Source: Proteromonas lacertae
Lineage: Eukaryota
Length of the DNA: 64,000 bases
Reading direction: 5' to 3'
Assembly (NCBI GenBank): GCA_002245135.1
Contig: NGBS01000312.1
Span: 1 to 64,000 of the forward strand
Below the pieces are notes generated by a model. It did not search any database, was not told the DNA's origin, and saw only the letters and a list, made by a program, of their open reading frames with translations. Of this stretch, positions 40,895 to 53,365 are shown in pieces. Position 1 is the first letter of the stretch. Every line of letters begins with the position of its first letter. The position numbers and the translations under genes were made by a program.

Positions 40895-41510
40895 ATGGAA
40901 GAGAAAGAAACACCGAAGAAACCTGCTGAGAAGTTGGTGAACTATAATAGTGAGTGGTGCAATTATATTGACCCTCCCATATTTACTGTATTACTTGATT
41001 TTAATTATTTTCTATTAGAGTCTTGATCCTTTAAATCCAAAACCAATAGAAATTGTATGATAATCATTATAAGTGTAATAGGGAGTTCCATCCACAATTG
41101 CATATGTATCTTTTTAATTGATTGATATAGAAACGAAATTTTCGTTATTATATAAAGCCAAAACCATCACATTTATATGTACAGAAGAATATTCTATCTA
41201 GAAAGACCAATTGCTCTAGTGTTCCTTCTTCAATTTTTATCACAGAATCCAGAGTATCTCCTATGTCCACAGTCGTATCATTTCTATTGTTATAGTTTTA
41301 GATATTACAATCAGAAGACATACCTGAAGATCAAGCTGTATTTATAATTATATATTTTTTTAGATTCCAGAATCAACCAAACTAAACCCTACATTCAAAC
41401 CACTCAAAAAATATGCATCCAAGAAGTTATATCACATTTTAAGGAGTGATAGTAGATATCCTGTAGAATCTCATCCAGATTTAGTAGCAGATTATAAATA
41501 CTCATCTTAG
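40895..41510 (+). CDS. Small Pro-rich hypothetical protein built from micro-exons
   Basis: Five 25-31 nt GT-AG introns give a continuous frame MEEKETPKKP...HPDLVADYKYSS*; not in the ORF track. Confidence 0.55.
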
Positions 41511-41609
41511 TTATATATTTATACATTTCCTTTAATAATAAAATAGACAAAAATGGTATTATAAGATTAAAAATGTTTTTTATTTTATTTTTATTTTTTT
41601 CTTATATTT

Positions 41610-42560
41610 CTATTTATGAACTAATGTGCAAAATGTAGTATAATCTTTTCTCATCACAGTATCATTAGATATCTTTGCAAATAGTACTGTTTCTAATGAT
41701 TCTGGGAATTTTTGTTGAATTTCTGTCTTTATTGTATCTTTAGTTAATAAACCTAAATAACATTTAAATGTGTGTTTCAATGTTCTTGTACATATAGCAG
41801 AGTTAGGATCAAGGGAATTTGTTATATTAGCTAAGGCATTTACAACTATATCAAATTAAATTTATAAAATTGAGTTTATACGACTTGTTACTATTTCTTG
41901 TTTTTGACTAATTAATTCCAAACATTCTGGATTGTTAACAAACTGTTGAAGAATAAATAAAGCAATCTATTAAATATAATTCTCTCTATAAATACTATTT
42001 TACTCATTTTTCTTGGTTTTTCTAATATATTAATACATATATCGATTAGTTCTGTGGATAAAAACATTTTCAATGTATCTGTGTCTGTATTTTTCACTAA
42101 TTCACCCAAAAACTCAAGACTCATTAGTTGCACATATTTAATAGGTGCAGAATCAGATTTACTGTGAAATAGTGGGAAGATATAGTAATATATATCACCT
42201 AGTTAATAGATAATTAAGAAAATCGATACCTTCTATTATTCCATGCCTTGCATCTTTGTCTTTTGCCATAATTTGTAGAAGGGCTATAGAACAACACACT
42301 CTTTGTGCAATTCTAGGTGAAATTGTGATGCATGATAAATATGGATAAAATGAAGTGATTTCATGCAAGAGCACTGCTGATATTCCAAAAGAGTACCATA
42401 GAGTAGATCCTAGATCAGGAATTTGATCTTTTTGATCACATAAAACTATAAACTAAAAATTATAATAAAAACATTTAAGAGAGAATTCTCTTGCATCTGG
42501 AATGATCATTTTCTTGATTGAATTAGTAACCTGTTCTTTTGGTATGATGTTTTTATTCAT
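41610..42560 (-). CDS. Divergent RCD1/CAF40/CNOT9-like armadillo protein
   Basis: IPDLGSTLWYSFGISAVLLHEITSFYP...RVCCSIALLQ...YIFPLF...LMSLEFLGELVK...FLSTELIDICI...SKI|IALFILQ parallels CNOT9; 4 introns. Confidence 0.85.
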
Positions 42561-42593
42561 TGAAAACTTGAAAATTGTTTGAGTTTGGCTTGA

Positions 42594-43637
42594 ATGGATA
42601 AGAAGAGTTTTTTGGAATTAAGGCCAAGTAAAGCCATAACATTCCAAGGTAATAACATAAATATTATATTATAGTCGAATCAAAAAAGAATTCTGAATCA
42701 AAACTGGTTATTAAGAACATTTCTGGATCAAATGTGTGATATTGTATTTGTTATAGTGTAGGTGATTTTTAAAATAAAGACTACAAATCAAAAAAGATAT
42801 CATGTTAAACCGATAAGTGGATACATCAAAATAAATAAAGAAGTGATAATAAATAGTATGTATAATATCGATTTAATCGTATTAGTATCGATTCATCAAG
42901 AGGATATTGACGAGATAATAGATGATCTAAAAGCAAATAGAGATGAAAGACCGTATTTTATTTTATTATTATCTTTTATTTAATTGTTGTTGTATAGTGA
43001 TAGATTCAGAGTAATATCATTAATTGTACCAGATGAAGATCAACTCAAACGGTTTGACATTCCTGATCCTTCTAAACCAATTAATGATATGGTATAAATA
43101 GTTAATAATAATAATAATAATAATAATATAATAGTTGGCAAATACATCAAAAGATAAACAACAAATTGAGAATTTAGTTGTGAATTTTGGTATATATTAT
43201 ATTATATATATATAGATCGAAGTAATAGTTTATCATCAGATGTTGTATATACAATAATTACTTTTATTTCATTAGTCAGGTTCAATTCTTAAAAATGCTG
43301 AAGCAAAACAAATGATTCAGAATTACAACGATTGTGCAGTATTCTATATAGAAGAAGCTAATGATCATATTAATAATATGCTGAAGAGCTTTAAATGTGA
43401 TGAAGAATTATATGAAATTACTTTAAAAAGTTATGATTATAAACAAGAGAAAGTGACTAAAAATATCATATAATGGTATTTAATAAGTATAAAAGTATAT
43501 TGTAGTTTTTGAAAATACCTATACAGTTATTAAGATCATTGTTTAAACCTAGGTTTCCATTACCTATTTTAATAATAGGATGTATATTATCACTCTTTGG
43601 TGGTAGATTAGCTGAAGGTTTTATTTATTCTCATTAA
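42594..43637 (+). CDS. VAP-like protein: MSP domain, linker, C-terminal TM anchor
   Basis: LELRPSKAITF...LVIKN...VIFKIKTTNQKRYHVKP..GYI...DRF, ending FPLPILIIGCILSLFGG; about 8 introns. Confidence 0.8.
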
Positions 43638-43835
43638 TTAATTTATTTATATGTAATGATTAATGTTTTTGTTTTATTTTGTCAATATATCCATTTTAAC
43701 AAGAATAAGAAGCATTCAAACTATCAAGCTTTTTAGTTTTTTATTTTCATCTTAATTGATTTTGTAGGATGTTTATGACATTTATAATATATGTAGTATA
43801 TTATACCGCATGGTCAGAATAAAATAATCAAAATT

Positions 43836-45337
43836 ATGGGAATGAATAACAAAGTGATCTCAATTTCAGACATTTCTTATGAAAAGTTGGCAGAAATCAT
43901 TTCATATATCAAAATAATCAATGAAACGCGTTATGAACATATTGTTGTGTACTATATAGTAGATTTGAATAATTCAAAATTAATTTTGGCAAAAGACGAA
44001 TATCCATATTCTATTAACAGTTTTACAGATAAAATGTATATGAAAAGTAATTTGAACAACATTTTAATAGAAATTATTCAATCATTACATTATCTTCATC
44101 TTTTATCTATATTCAGCTGTAATATTAATCCAAACAATATATTGATTGATGATTCAAATAGTGTTTATTTATCAGATTATCTTATAAATAGTATAAGACC
44201 ATTTAATGATATTCCATTATCATCGTTAATATATCTAAGTCCAGAGGAAATAGAGGATAAAGAATTAAATGAAAAATCTGATATATGGAGTATGGGATGT
44301 TTAATATACTATATTCTAACAGAAGTAGATTTATTCACGAATTCATTCAATTTATTTATTCATAAATACTATAAAATCATATGAATATTCAATACATACT
44401 ATTGATATATCTATGGAATTTGAGCAAATTATCTCAAAGTGTATAAGAAGTAAATCAGAGGATAGAATGAGTCTTAGGGAATTATATACTGAAATAAGTT
44501 GTTGTAATGATGAACAACTTGAGATATCATTGATTATTGATAATGATGTGGAGATAAGAGACTGTGATATGAATGATGAATTACTGATAAATCAACTTAT
44601 TGATAGTTATCATCATTATAGTAATTCAAAATATCTATACTATATAACAAACATGTTATTATTAAATTACAATGAATCAAAGAAAGTCAAAATAATGAAA
44701 GAAATAGAAGTATTTAATACAGAACATCAATTGAATTGGCTTGAAAATGCAGATGAAAATTTGTTAGTATCAGTCCATCCAGATTATAATATAATATATT
44801 TATCTCAATTATCACAAGAAGAATTATCATATTTAGTAGACTCATTTAAATATTTGAAAACAATCAGAACATTGAAAATACATTCCTTTGAGAATAATGA
44901 TATTTATCTATATCAAAAATTGTGTGATAATTTATCATTGTTATGTAATTTGGAATTATTATCATTGCAATATATTGGTGATGATGGAATAAAGATATTA
45001 TCAAACTATTTATCTCTATTAACAACATTAACAATAAGCAATCAGATTTGTCTTGATCTATCATACAAGGGAATTGGTGATGATGGTTTTTATGAATTAT
45101 CTTCTAAATTATTCAATCTACCAAATCTAGAGTCTTTATTACTTAAAGGAAATGATTTCAACACGCATTCCAAATATATTTTATGATAATGTCAATAATC
45201 ATTTAACAAAATTAGAATGTTTGGATATTAGCTGTTGTAACTTAGAAGAAGATATTATTGTAAAACTGAAAAATAGTCTTACTTCACTGAAATGGCGTTA
45301 TTTAGATCAAACATCGAACAAACAACAAAACAATTAA
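43836..45337 (+). CDS. Pseudokinase plus RNI-like leucine-rich repeats; two frame breaks (possible pseudogene)
   Basis: LHYLH...SCNINPNNILID...LSDYL...YLSPE...KSDIWSMGCL; LRRs LELLSLQYIGDDG, LDLSYKGIGDDG, LESLLLKGN, LECLDISCCNL. +1 breaks lie near 44346-44384 and 45152-45186. Confidence 0.7.
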
Positions 45338-45446
45338 ACAGATTTGATAATTTACTGGGTTAAAACGTATTTATATATGCTGGAAAAGGTATTATCAATA
45401 TACGCTATAAGTGTGTGTCTAAACGAAAATGTACAAATTAAAGGGA

Positions 45447-46129
45447 TTAAGTCAATTTTGAGTGTTTTTTTGGTGTTGTAGGTGTAGTATCAAATATTGA
45501 ACCTTCAGAATAGGTTTCACTAAGCGATAAAAAAGGATCACTGGAACTGTTTACTGAACGAACTCTATCAATATATTTCTTTTGTTCATGTCTTACTGCC
45601 TCACTAGATTCTAGTGTTTTTTCAAGACATTTATTCTCTCTTAGAAGTTGCTTATTGTCTTCTTCTATGTGTTGATATTTATTTAATTTTAATTTAAGTA
45701 TTTTGTTTTCTTTTCTAAGTAATTTCACTTTTTCTTTATTTTCTCGATTTTCATTGACAACTTTTCTGTACTTGTCATACAAATCTGAAAACGGATACTT
45801 TGCATCAAAATCTGAGGAATCACTACTTCTAGAACTGCCCATTTTGTGTTCCGGCGATAGAGATATATCTAATAGTTTATAAATATATCAACATACGAGT
45901 TTTTTTCTCAGATTTACCTTTATATGGGGATAGTGCGTAATTATCTATAAATACATGACAAGCATCAATACCAATCATTTTACTGAAGTCTCTTACTTGT
46001 TTTCTAATAAAATGAAGCTGTTCTTTGTTATAATCTGGTGAATCGGAAGTGGGAGATGATGAAGGTCTTGTTTTGTTAGTTTTTTTTGAATGTGTTGTTT
46101 TACATATTTTTTTCCTCTCCACTAATCAT
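45447..46129 (-). CDS. Hypothetical Ser-rich coiled-coil protein
   Basis: One intron links ORFs 45877-46122 and 45447-45842. The ATG at 46129 is in frame only if the A7 run is really A6. Confidence 0.55.
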
Positions 46130-46592
46130 AGCCTATTTGATTTTGTTTGAGATGATTATCTTCAAAAATAAGATTTCAATTAAAAAAGCTTGAGTGAGTG
46201 ACAAATTTTTTATTAAATTGTTGAACATAACACATTTTAACAGGAGTTAAATAGCTTCTTTGGCACTATATATTTATTTATATATTCATATCACTTGTCC
46301 TTTAACGGTATTTTTTATCGTAATCGGCAGCTGTTATTAAAATTATTATCATCAGTCAAATTTTAATACTTTTTGATCAATATATTGATATGATGAATTA
46401 ATTTCAACTGTTCATGACTTGTCTGTTCAAATTTAAATCATTGATGTAAGGATATCATAAAGCAATAATTTGAATATATTTTACTATCAATATATTTTAT
46501 TGCTGAATTAGTGAATTGTGCGTATGTAATTGTCAATTAGTTTTTTTTACTATGGAAGGACCAAATTTTGAATAACAAACCTGTTTGAATTA

Positions 46593-48104
46593 ATGATTTC
46601 TTTTTTAAAGAGTTATAAGCAATTAACTAAAAATATTTATAGCATTACTAGATGCTTTGCATCTGATATACCTAAAGATCCAAGTATAAATCCTTTAACT
46701 GAGTCGTTGGTTAAAAATACTACTAAGCACGAGACTCCGCTTGAAAAAGAAATAAAAACCAAAATACTAGTAAATGGACCTTATACTATGGCAAGATTTA
46801 TGTCAGAATGTCTTACTCACCCAATATATGGTTTTTATAACAAAAAGAATGCAATAGGAAGAGAAGGTCATTTTGTAACATCTCCAGAATTAACACCTGT
46901 ATTTGGTGAGCTAATTGGTTTGTGGTGCTATATGCAGTGGGAAAAGCTAGGCAAACCATCAGAAGTATGTCTAGCAGAAATAGGACCAGGAAAAGGAACA
47001 TTAATGAAAGATCTATTATCAGCAGCCAAGGTATTTCACGATTTTTATGAAAGTATAACTTGTCATTTAGTAGAATCAAGTCAACACATGATTAAAAGGC
47101 AACAATACACTTTAAACTGTGTGTATGAATATATATTATATTATATATATAGATTACCACCAGGGAAAGATCATAAACCAAATGAAATATCCTATGAAAT
47201 GAAATTACCAAATAGAGGACCATCAATTTATTGGCATAAAGATTATGAAGAATTACCTCATTTACCAATGATTATAATAGGTCATGAATTCTTAGATGCA
47301 TTACCAATACATCAATTTGAATATCATGAGAATCAGTGGTTAGAAAGATATGTAGATGTTGATCCAAAGACAAAGGAATTGTATGTGAGATTATCTCAAC
47401 AAGTAACACCAGCTGCTGATATATTATTAAATCCACATCAAAATAAAATGAAAATTCGTAGTAGTAGTGCCAATATTGATATTAATAATAGTAATACATT
47501 AGGTAATGATAGAATTCTGAATTATTCACAACTACAATCATTGTCGCCATGTAAAATATTCAATCCACAATATGAACAAAAACTAATAAATGATAAACCA
47601 ATCAAAGAAGGTTTAATAATTGAAGCATCACCTGATGTATGTGCTTTTATGCAAAAAGTTGCTTTAACTTTAGATAGAGAGAGTGGAAGTGCATTATTTA
47701 TAGATTATGGTCATAATCACATTAACTATCAAACAATCAGAGGTATATATCATCATAAGTTTGTTGATATTTTGACTGAACCTGGTAATGTTGATTTAAG
47801 TGGAGATATTGATTGGAGTTCAATCACTCGATCTATGAATATGTTACCATTAGAAAATGTAAAAACATATGGTCCAATTCCACAAGGTTATTTCTTATGT
47901 GGAATGGGAATTGAAGAAAGAGTGAAGATATTGTTGAAACAAATAAAAAATGAAAAGGATCAAGAAAACTTGATGAAAGCTGCACAGAGGTTGGTGTTGA
48001 AAGAACATATGGGTCAGATTTATAAAGCTTATTGTATGAGTACTACTGGATTACCTGCTGCTTTTGAAGGAGGTGAACAATTTTGGAATGATTCTAATCA
48101 ATAA
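46593..48104 (+). CDS. NDUFAF7: NDUFAF7/MidA complex I assembly arginine methyltransferase
   Basis: GHFVTSPELTPVFGELIGLW, EIGPGKGTLMKD, HEFLDALPIHQF, FIDYG, PGNVDLSGDID, QGYFL..MGI, MGQIYK; N-terminal presequence; one in-frame intron near 47121-47152. Confidence 0.95.
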   Translation: MISFLKSYKQLTKNIYSITRCFASDIPKDPSINPLTESLVKNTTKHETPLEKEIKTKILVNGPYTMARFMSECLTHPIYGFYNKKNAIGREGHFVTSPELTPVFGELIGLWCYMQWEKLGKPSEVCLAEIGPGKGTLMKDLLSAAKVFHDFYESITCHLVESSQHMIKRQQYTLNCVYEYILYYIYRLPPGKDHKPNEISYEMKLPNRGPSIYWHKDYEELPHLPMIIIGHEFLDALPIHQFEYHENQWLERYVDVDPKTKELYVRLSQQVTPAADILLNPHQNKMKIRSSSANIDINNSNTLGNDRILNYSQLQSLSPCKIFNPQYEQKLINDKPIKEGLIIEASPDVCAFMQKVALTLDRESGSALFIDYGHNHINYQTIRGIYHHKFVDILTEPGNVDLSGDIDWSSITRSMNMLPLENVKTYGPIPQGYFLCGMGIEERVKILLKQIKNEKDQENLMKAAQRLVLKEHMGQIYKAYCMSTTGLPAAFEGGEQFWNDSNQ

Positions 48105-48274
48105 TGTTGTGTTTATGATTGTTATTTTATTTTTCAAAGTAATATACTATATGTCATAATAAATATTATAATAATATTTAAATAATAATTGTTGAACTAT
48201 GTGATGAAATAAATTAAAATATAAAATGATTGGATGTTGTTGAAACGAATCTATTTTATTTATTGTGTTTTGAA

Positions 48275-48540
48275 ATGGTTTGATTTCTTATCGCTTATAC
48301 TTCTATAGGCAAGACTAATTACATTCATTGGTTTATGTGGTGTAGCATGGGCTGGATTAGTATGTTCAAACATCGTCAGACAACGTAGTGCAATGAATGC
48401 TGTATACAAAGCAGGTGTATGATTTTAATTATTATAATTTTGCTTAGTTAGCTCCGTCAGAAGTAATAGCCAAGAAAATGCCAAAGAAGAACTGTGCTTT
48501 ATGTGAAAAGCTAAATGGTGAGTCAAATGAATCATTCTAG
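48275..48540 (+). CDS. Small (67 aa) N-anchored protein with CxxC; first coding exon is only ATG
   Basis: ATG, intron, ARLITFIGLCGVAWAGLVCSNIVRQRSAMNAVYKAG, intron, LAPSEVIAKKMPKKNCALCEKLNGESNESF*. The exons are GC-richer than the flanks. Confidence 0.6.
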
Positions 48541-48713
48541 ACTTTTTCTTATTAATATTATGTAAAGCTAATTATTATTCATTGTATATTGGTTATAAGA
48601 TCCTCCAAAAACATTATAAAAAGAAAATGATTTTATAACGATATTGAAAATTAATATATACACTATTTTTGTTTTTAAAAAATATCTAACTGATTGATCC
48701 ATCTAAAATGTTA

Positions 48714-49664
48714 TTAGAACTTGCTATTATCTTCAGGAGGTAAATATGGTTTGAGATATGGTAGTATATTAGGCGATGTAGTTGCACTAATAATACCGTT
48801 ACTAACTTCCTGTTCATGTAATGTCTTTAATTGATCTGGTAAAAGAGAATCAGGATGTTTCAAATAATAATACACCTTAGTTTTAGAGTTGTATCTATTC
48901 TTTATGGAGTTTTCAGATCTACCTGGTAATACTCTTGTTAATTCACTCCATTTATTTCCAATGATACGATGAATTTCAAATAATATCATATCTTCTCTTT
49001 CAGTCCAGGAATCTTTTCTCAGATTCTTTTGTAAATAATTCAAATATCTTTCTCTACATTGCTTACCTATTCTTCCTTGTAAATGACTGGCAATATTACT
49101 CCATCTTATATTTCTAGGGTCTTGTTCTTCGCCAACAAGTTTTAAAATCATTTCATCTTCTTCTTTTGTCCATGGACCTTTTATAAGACCAGGGGCAATG
49201 ACTTTACGCCATCTATGAAGACATTGAACATCTGTTCTATTGTTACCTAGCTCGGATGCTACTCTTTTCCAGTTTTTAGCACCTGCCATATTGATAATAT
49301 CTCTTAAACGATCATCTTCTTCTTGAGTCCATTTTTTATTCACTACACTTCGTGGTTTTCTTAGTTTAGAAGGTGCTCCTGTTGAAGGCTTTTCAGGTTC
49401 AAACACTGGAATGTTGTTAACAGGAGCGGTAGTAGTAACTTCCTTAGTTTCAGGCTTTGGTATTTCAGGATGGGGAATTGGTGGTGCTGCCATGGTAGCT
49501 AGTGCTGGGGTATAATAAACACCAAGTGGCTCGAGGTTGACTAACGTATCAAGAGGATAGGTTGGATATGAAGCGATACTATAAGAAACTGGTGTAAATG
49601 CTGTAGATGGGTAGGTACGGTACTCAACATAGGTTTGATATTGTTGTGGATTACCTTGAATCAT
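48714..49664 (-). CDS. Three-repeat (R1R2R3) MYB transcription factor
   Basis: KWTQEED...NWKRVA...RTDVQCLHRW...IKGPWTKEED...GRIGKQCRERY...WTERED...GNKWSE...GRSENSIKNRY; intronless. Confidence 0.95.
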   Translation of the reverse strand: MIQGNPQQYQTYVEYRTYPSTAFTPVSYSIASYPTYPLDTLVNLEPLGVYYTPALATMAAPPIPHPEIPKPETKEVTTTAPVNNIPVFEPEKPSTGAPSKLRKPRSVVNKKWTQEEDDRLRDIINMAGAKNWKRVASELGNNRTDVQCLHRWRKVIAPGLIKGPWTKEEDEMILKLVGEEQDPRNIRWSNIASHLQGRIGKQCRERYLNYLQKNLRKDSWTEREDMILFEIHRIIGNKWSELTRVLPGRSENSIKNRYNSKTKVYYYLKHPDSLLPDQLKTLHEQEVSNGIISATTSPNILPYLKPYLPPEDNSKF

Positions 49665-49924
49665 TTTAAAATAATAATTAAGAATGAAACCAACCGAATT
49701 CAACGAAATTAATTCTTATGTTTTTGAATCGACTAGGTACCTCTTGAAATGGCATTTCAAAAACAAAAATACACTGCTTTCGTATCTATTTGTTTATTAC
49801 TGTCATTTTACAGACTTTAGAATATATGAACATAAATTATTCAAATCAACCAAAATATACAAAAATAAAATAATATAAATCATCAATTATTATGATCTTT
49901 CTAATACGTTACTTGATACATATT

Positions 49925-51654
49925 TTAATCTTCAGCTGGCTCTATTTCATCAAGATTCTTCTTACCCATATCTTTACCAGCTCTCATTACTTCATCTACT
50001 AACAATAATTGAGATGCAATGACAGTGCTCAATTGCAAAAATTGTCTCTTTACAATGGTATTATCCCAAATACCCTCATCTTCAGGAATCAAGCAATTTC
50101 CAGTCTCAATATTAATTCCAACAGCTTTTTCACACTTCACTCTTTCTTCTTGTACTTTTAATAAAGTATCCATCATATCTAAACCACTATTTTCTATCAA
50201 AGTCTTAGGAATTACCAAGATTGACTCAGCGAATGATTTTACACCTAATTTGACTTTACCAGTTAATGTATTAGCATATTCCATTAAGTGATCATATAAA
50301 GCTAATTCAAAAGCACCTGCACCTGGTATAACACTACTATCTTCAATTGTATTCTTGACACTTTCTAAACCATCATGAATAGCTTCTTTAATTTGTACAA
50401 TAGAGTGTGGATTTGGTCCTTTAATCAAGATTGTACAACTTGTTGGATTTTTTACATCTTCTACAAATGTAAATTTATCATCTCCTAAAGTTTCTTCATA
50501 AACTAATCCAGCATATCCTAATACATCAGGTGTTAAGTCATCTACACTGTTCATAGCTATACCTCCACAAGCTAATGTCAATCTTTCCATATTTCTACGT
50601 TTAGCTCTTCTTAAAGCGACTATTCCTTCCTTTGCGAATAAATCTAATGATAATGGATCAATACCTTTCTCATTTATTACAACAAATGATTTACCATTTT
50701 CTTTTGTACAGACTTTGTGTTTTAATTCGATGATTTTCATTACCTTCTCATCTGTGAATTTTCTTTCTGCTGATACTAATTTGTCTCTTTCATCTGCATT
50801 GGAATATACGAAATTACTAGTAACTTCACTCTTTTCATACTCTAAAGAAACATTACAAGTGAATATATAAGCATCTTTTACCATCTTAGGCATATCAGGA
50901 TGACGAGCACCGTGGTCTAATACCAACCCTCTTACTAGACGTGTGGCTGTCACTAACTGATTCTCCATATTAATCTGCTCAACCATGTCTAAGTCAATAG
51001 GTTGGTCTGGCTTTGCGACAATTAATATTGCATCTGTTACTATATCTGTAATTTGATCAGCTAACTATTTAAGATTATAAATTAACTTCATTAAATTTAT
51101 ACTTCTGGTTGGAGTTTTGTACGTAAAGATGTACGAGCTACTTGTGATAATAATTCTCTGTTTTGTAGTACGTTTTCTTTCTTTTGGGCAAATTTATCTA
51201 AAAATTTATCGGATTCTTCTTTGGCAAGATTAAATCCATCTGTAATAATACGTGGATGTATTCCCTATTCATTTTATTAATTCACTAAATATACTTGTTG
51301 AATATAATTGAAAGCAACTCTTAATAATTCACCTGTGAATAAAACAACTGATGTAGTTCCATCACCTGTCATATCATCTTGTGCTGTGGCAGTTCTTGCT
51401 ATTAATGCGGCTGTTGGATGTTGTATTTGCATTTCATGAAGCAACACACCACCATCCTTTGTTAATTTTATTTGACCAGCTCCACCAACTAACATCTTAA
51501 GTGTTCCCTTTGGACCTACATGCATTACATATAAATTAATACCAAGATTGGTTTTCAAAACGCCTTGAATACCAATTGCTGCACTTATATTGACGGCTAA
51601 AGCTTCTGTCTTTTCAATAGTTTCAGCTTTTGGATTTAATGATGCTAAAGACAT
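49925..51654 (-). CDS. CCT6: T-complex protein 1 subunit zeta
   Basis: [71 protein letters not shown]; 3 introns. Confidence 0.97.
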
Positions 51655-51766
51655 TTTTATAATTTATAATTAATTTTTGAATGTTTGAGGCTTATTTAAG
51701 TATACATTGTCTATTTGTTACTGGTGCCAAGCAAAGCTTGATCTTTTTATATTTTATTCTGTTTTT

Positions 51767-52760
51767 ATGGAGTCTGAAGACAATGACCGGGATAATGCAG
51801 GTGAAGATGATATAGAACAAGGTATTTTCTTTTGGTTTAAGATGTAGAAGAACAAGCAACTCATGGCGATCCTCCAGTAGTTACTTTAGTCAATAGATTA
51901 TTAGAATCAATGAATATTAAAGAATATAGTCCAACTGTTCCGTCACTTCTAATAGAATATTATCAATGTACTAGAACATATTTACATATTTTATAGATCT
52001 GGTCACTGTCATGGCAGAAAATATCCATAAAGTCAACCAGCATACCAATAATTACACAAATTCAGAACCAACTGCTCCATCCATTGAAACTGTCAATTTT
52101 GTGTTTGAACAACTACGTTCTACCATGAGAACTGTTATGGATCCTGTATTTATATTTTAATAATTTGAATTATACAATTAATAATAAATAGAGTTTGGTA
52201 GAACTAGCAAAAGAAAGAAATTCAAAACCTTTACCATTTGATATAGCAGAATATGGTATATTATTACCTTCTGAAGGTATTATAACATATGAGGAAGATA
52301 ATAATAATTATAATGACAATTTCAATGAAAGTCTTACAGATAATACATTTTCCTCAGAACAACAGCCAATGGTAGAACGTATATATAAATATTATTTATT
52401 CTAATAGCTCATTATTGTGTAAAAAGACGTAAAATCGATTTTACTCTTCCCAATTTAGAAATACCAATTCATCAACAACAACAACAACAACAATCACAAC
52501 CACCAATAAATCTTCAACAACCACCACCAACACAACAACCACAACAGTATCCACCTCATCCTCAATCATACTTAGATCCAAATATAAATCCCAACATAGT
52601 TAATAATAATTCTGTAAATATAAATATAAATAATAATAATAATAATAATCCCCAAATGAATAATTCAATGTATAATGCAGATATTTATGGTGCAAATATT
52701 AGTAATAGTGATATGGGTAATTCTAATACATATGATGAAGATTTTAATTCATTTTTCTAA
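51767..52760 (+). CDS. TAF9: TAF9-like histone-fold protein with Q/N-rich tail
   Basis: LLESMNIKEYSPTV..LLIEY...P|..LVELAKERNSKPLP....GILLP parallels TAF9; 4 introns. Confidence 0.75.
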
Positions 52761-52856
52761 TTATTTTATGTTTAATTATGTTTGTGGTGTGAATTATAAA
52801 ACAATCAATAAAAAGAGAGTTATATATAATTATTAATAAATAAGATATATACATTA

Positions 52857-53249
52857 CTAACTGTATTTTGTATTTATAGTGTAATTTGGAACAGTTAACA
52901 GTATTTTCATCCAATCTTTCAATTCACCATCAGAACCAGCTTGTAATGTTACAGTTTTAGGATATGCATATATAGTGAACAAGAAGTCTTGAGCTGATGA
53001 ACTTTTCTCACAAAAATAACTGTGTAAATGGATTATACCGATTGGATTACCTCCTGATTCATATGCATGTTGATTTTCATAATAATATAAATTGGTCTTT
53101 AGCACAAAATAATATTTTTGAGTTGATTGTTTGTTACTAGTTGAATGGTCTGTTAGATGGAGAACAAGGAATCCAGATTTTCTAACTGGTCCTTCTTTAG
53201 TAAAGGATGGTAACTCAACGTTTTGTGATTCTCTTTCGCTTCTTGACAT
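52857..53249 (-). CDS. Small PH-domain protein
   Basis: VRKSGFL...KYYFVLK.NLYYY...PIGIIHL...FTI...LQAGSDGELKDWMKIL. Confidence 0.88.
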   Translation of the reverse strand: MSRSERESQNVELPSFTKEGPVRKSGFLVLHLTDHSTSNKQSTQKYYFVLKTNLYYYENQHAYESGGNPIGIIHLHSYFCEKSSSAQDFLFTIYAYPKTVTLQAGSDGELKDWMKILLTVPNYTINTKYS

Positions 53250-53365
53250 AAAGATATTAACAAAAAATAAAAATACACAAAAATACAAATCAATACACTT
53301 AACATGTATTTAAATAAGAAAAAGATTAAATGACTATTAAATATAAGAGTATACATCTATCAACA

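Noticed and set aside
41106..41130. GTATCTTTTT donor resembling a U12 site
   Set aside because: The intron is only 25 nt, ends in TAG and has no separate TTCTTTAAT branch, so it fits the ordinary GTAT major class.
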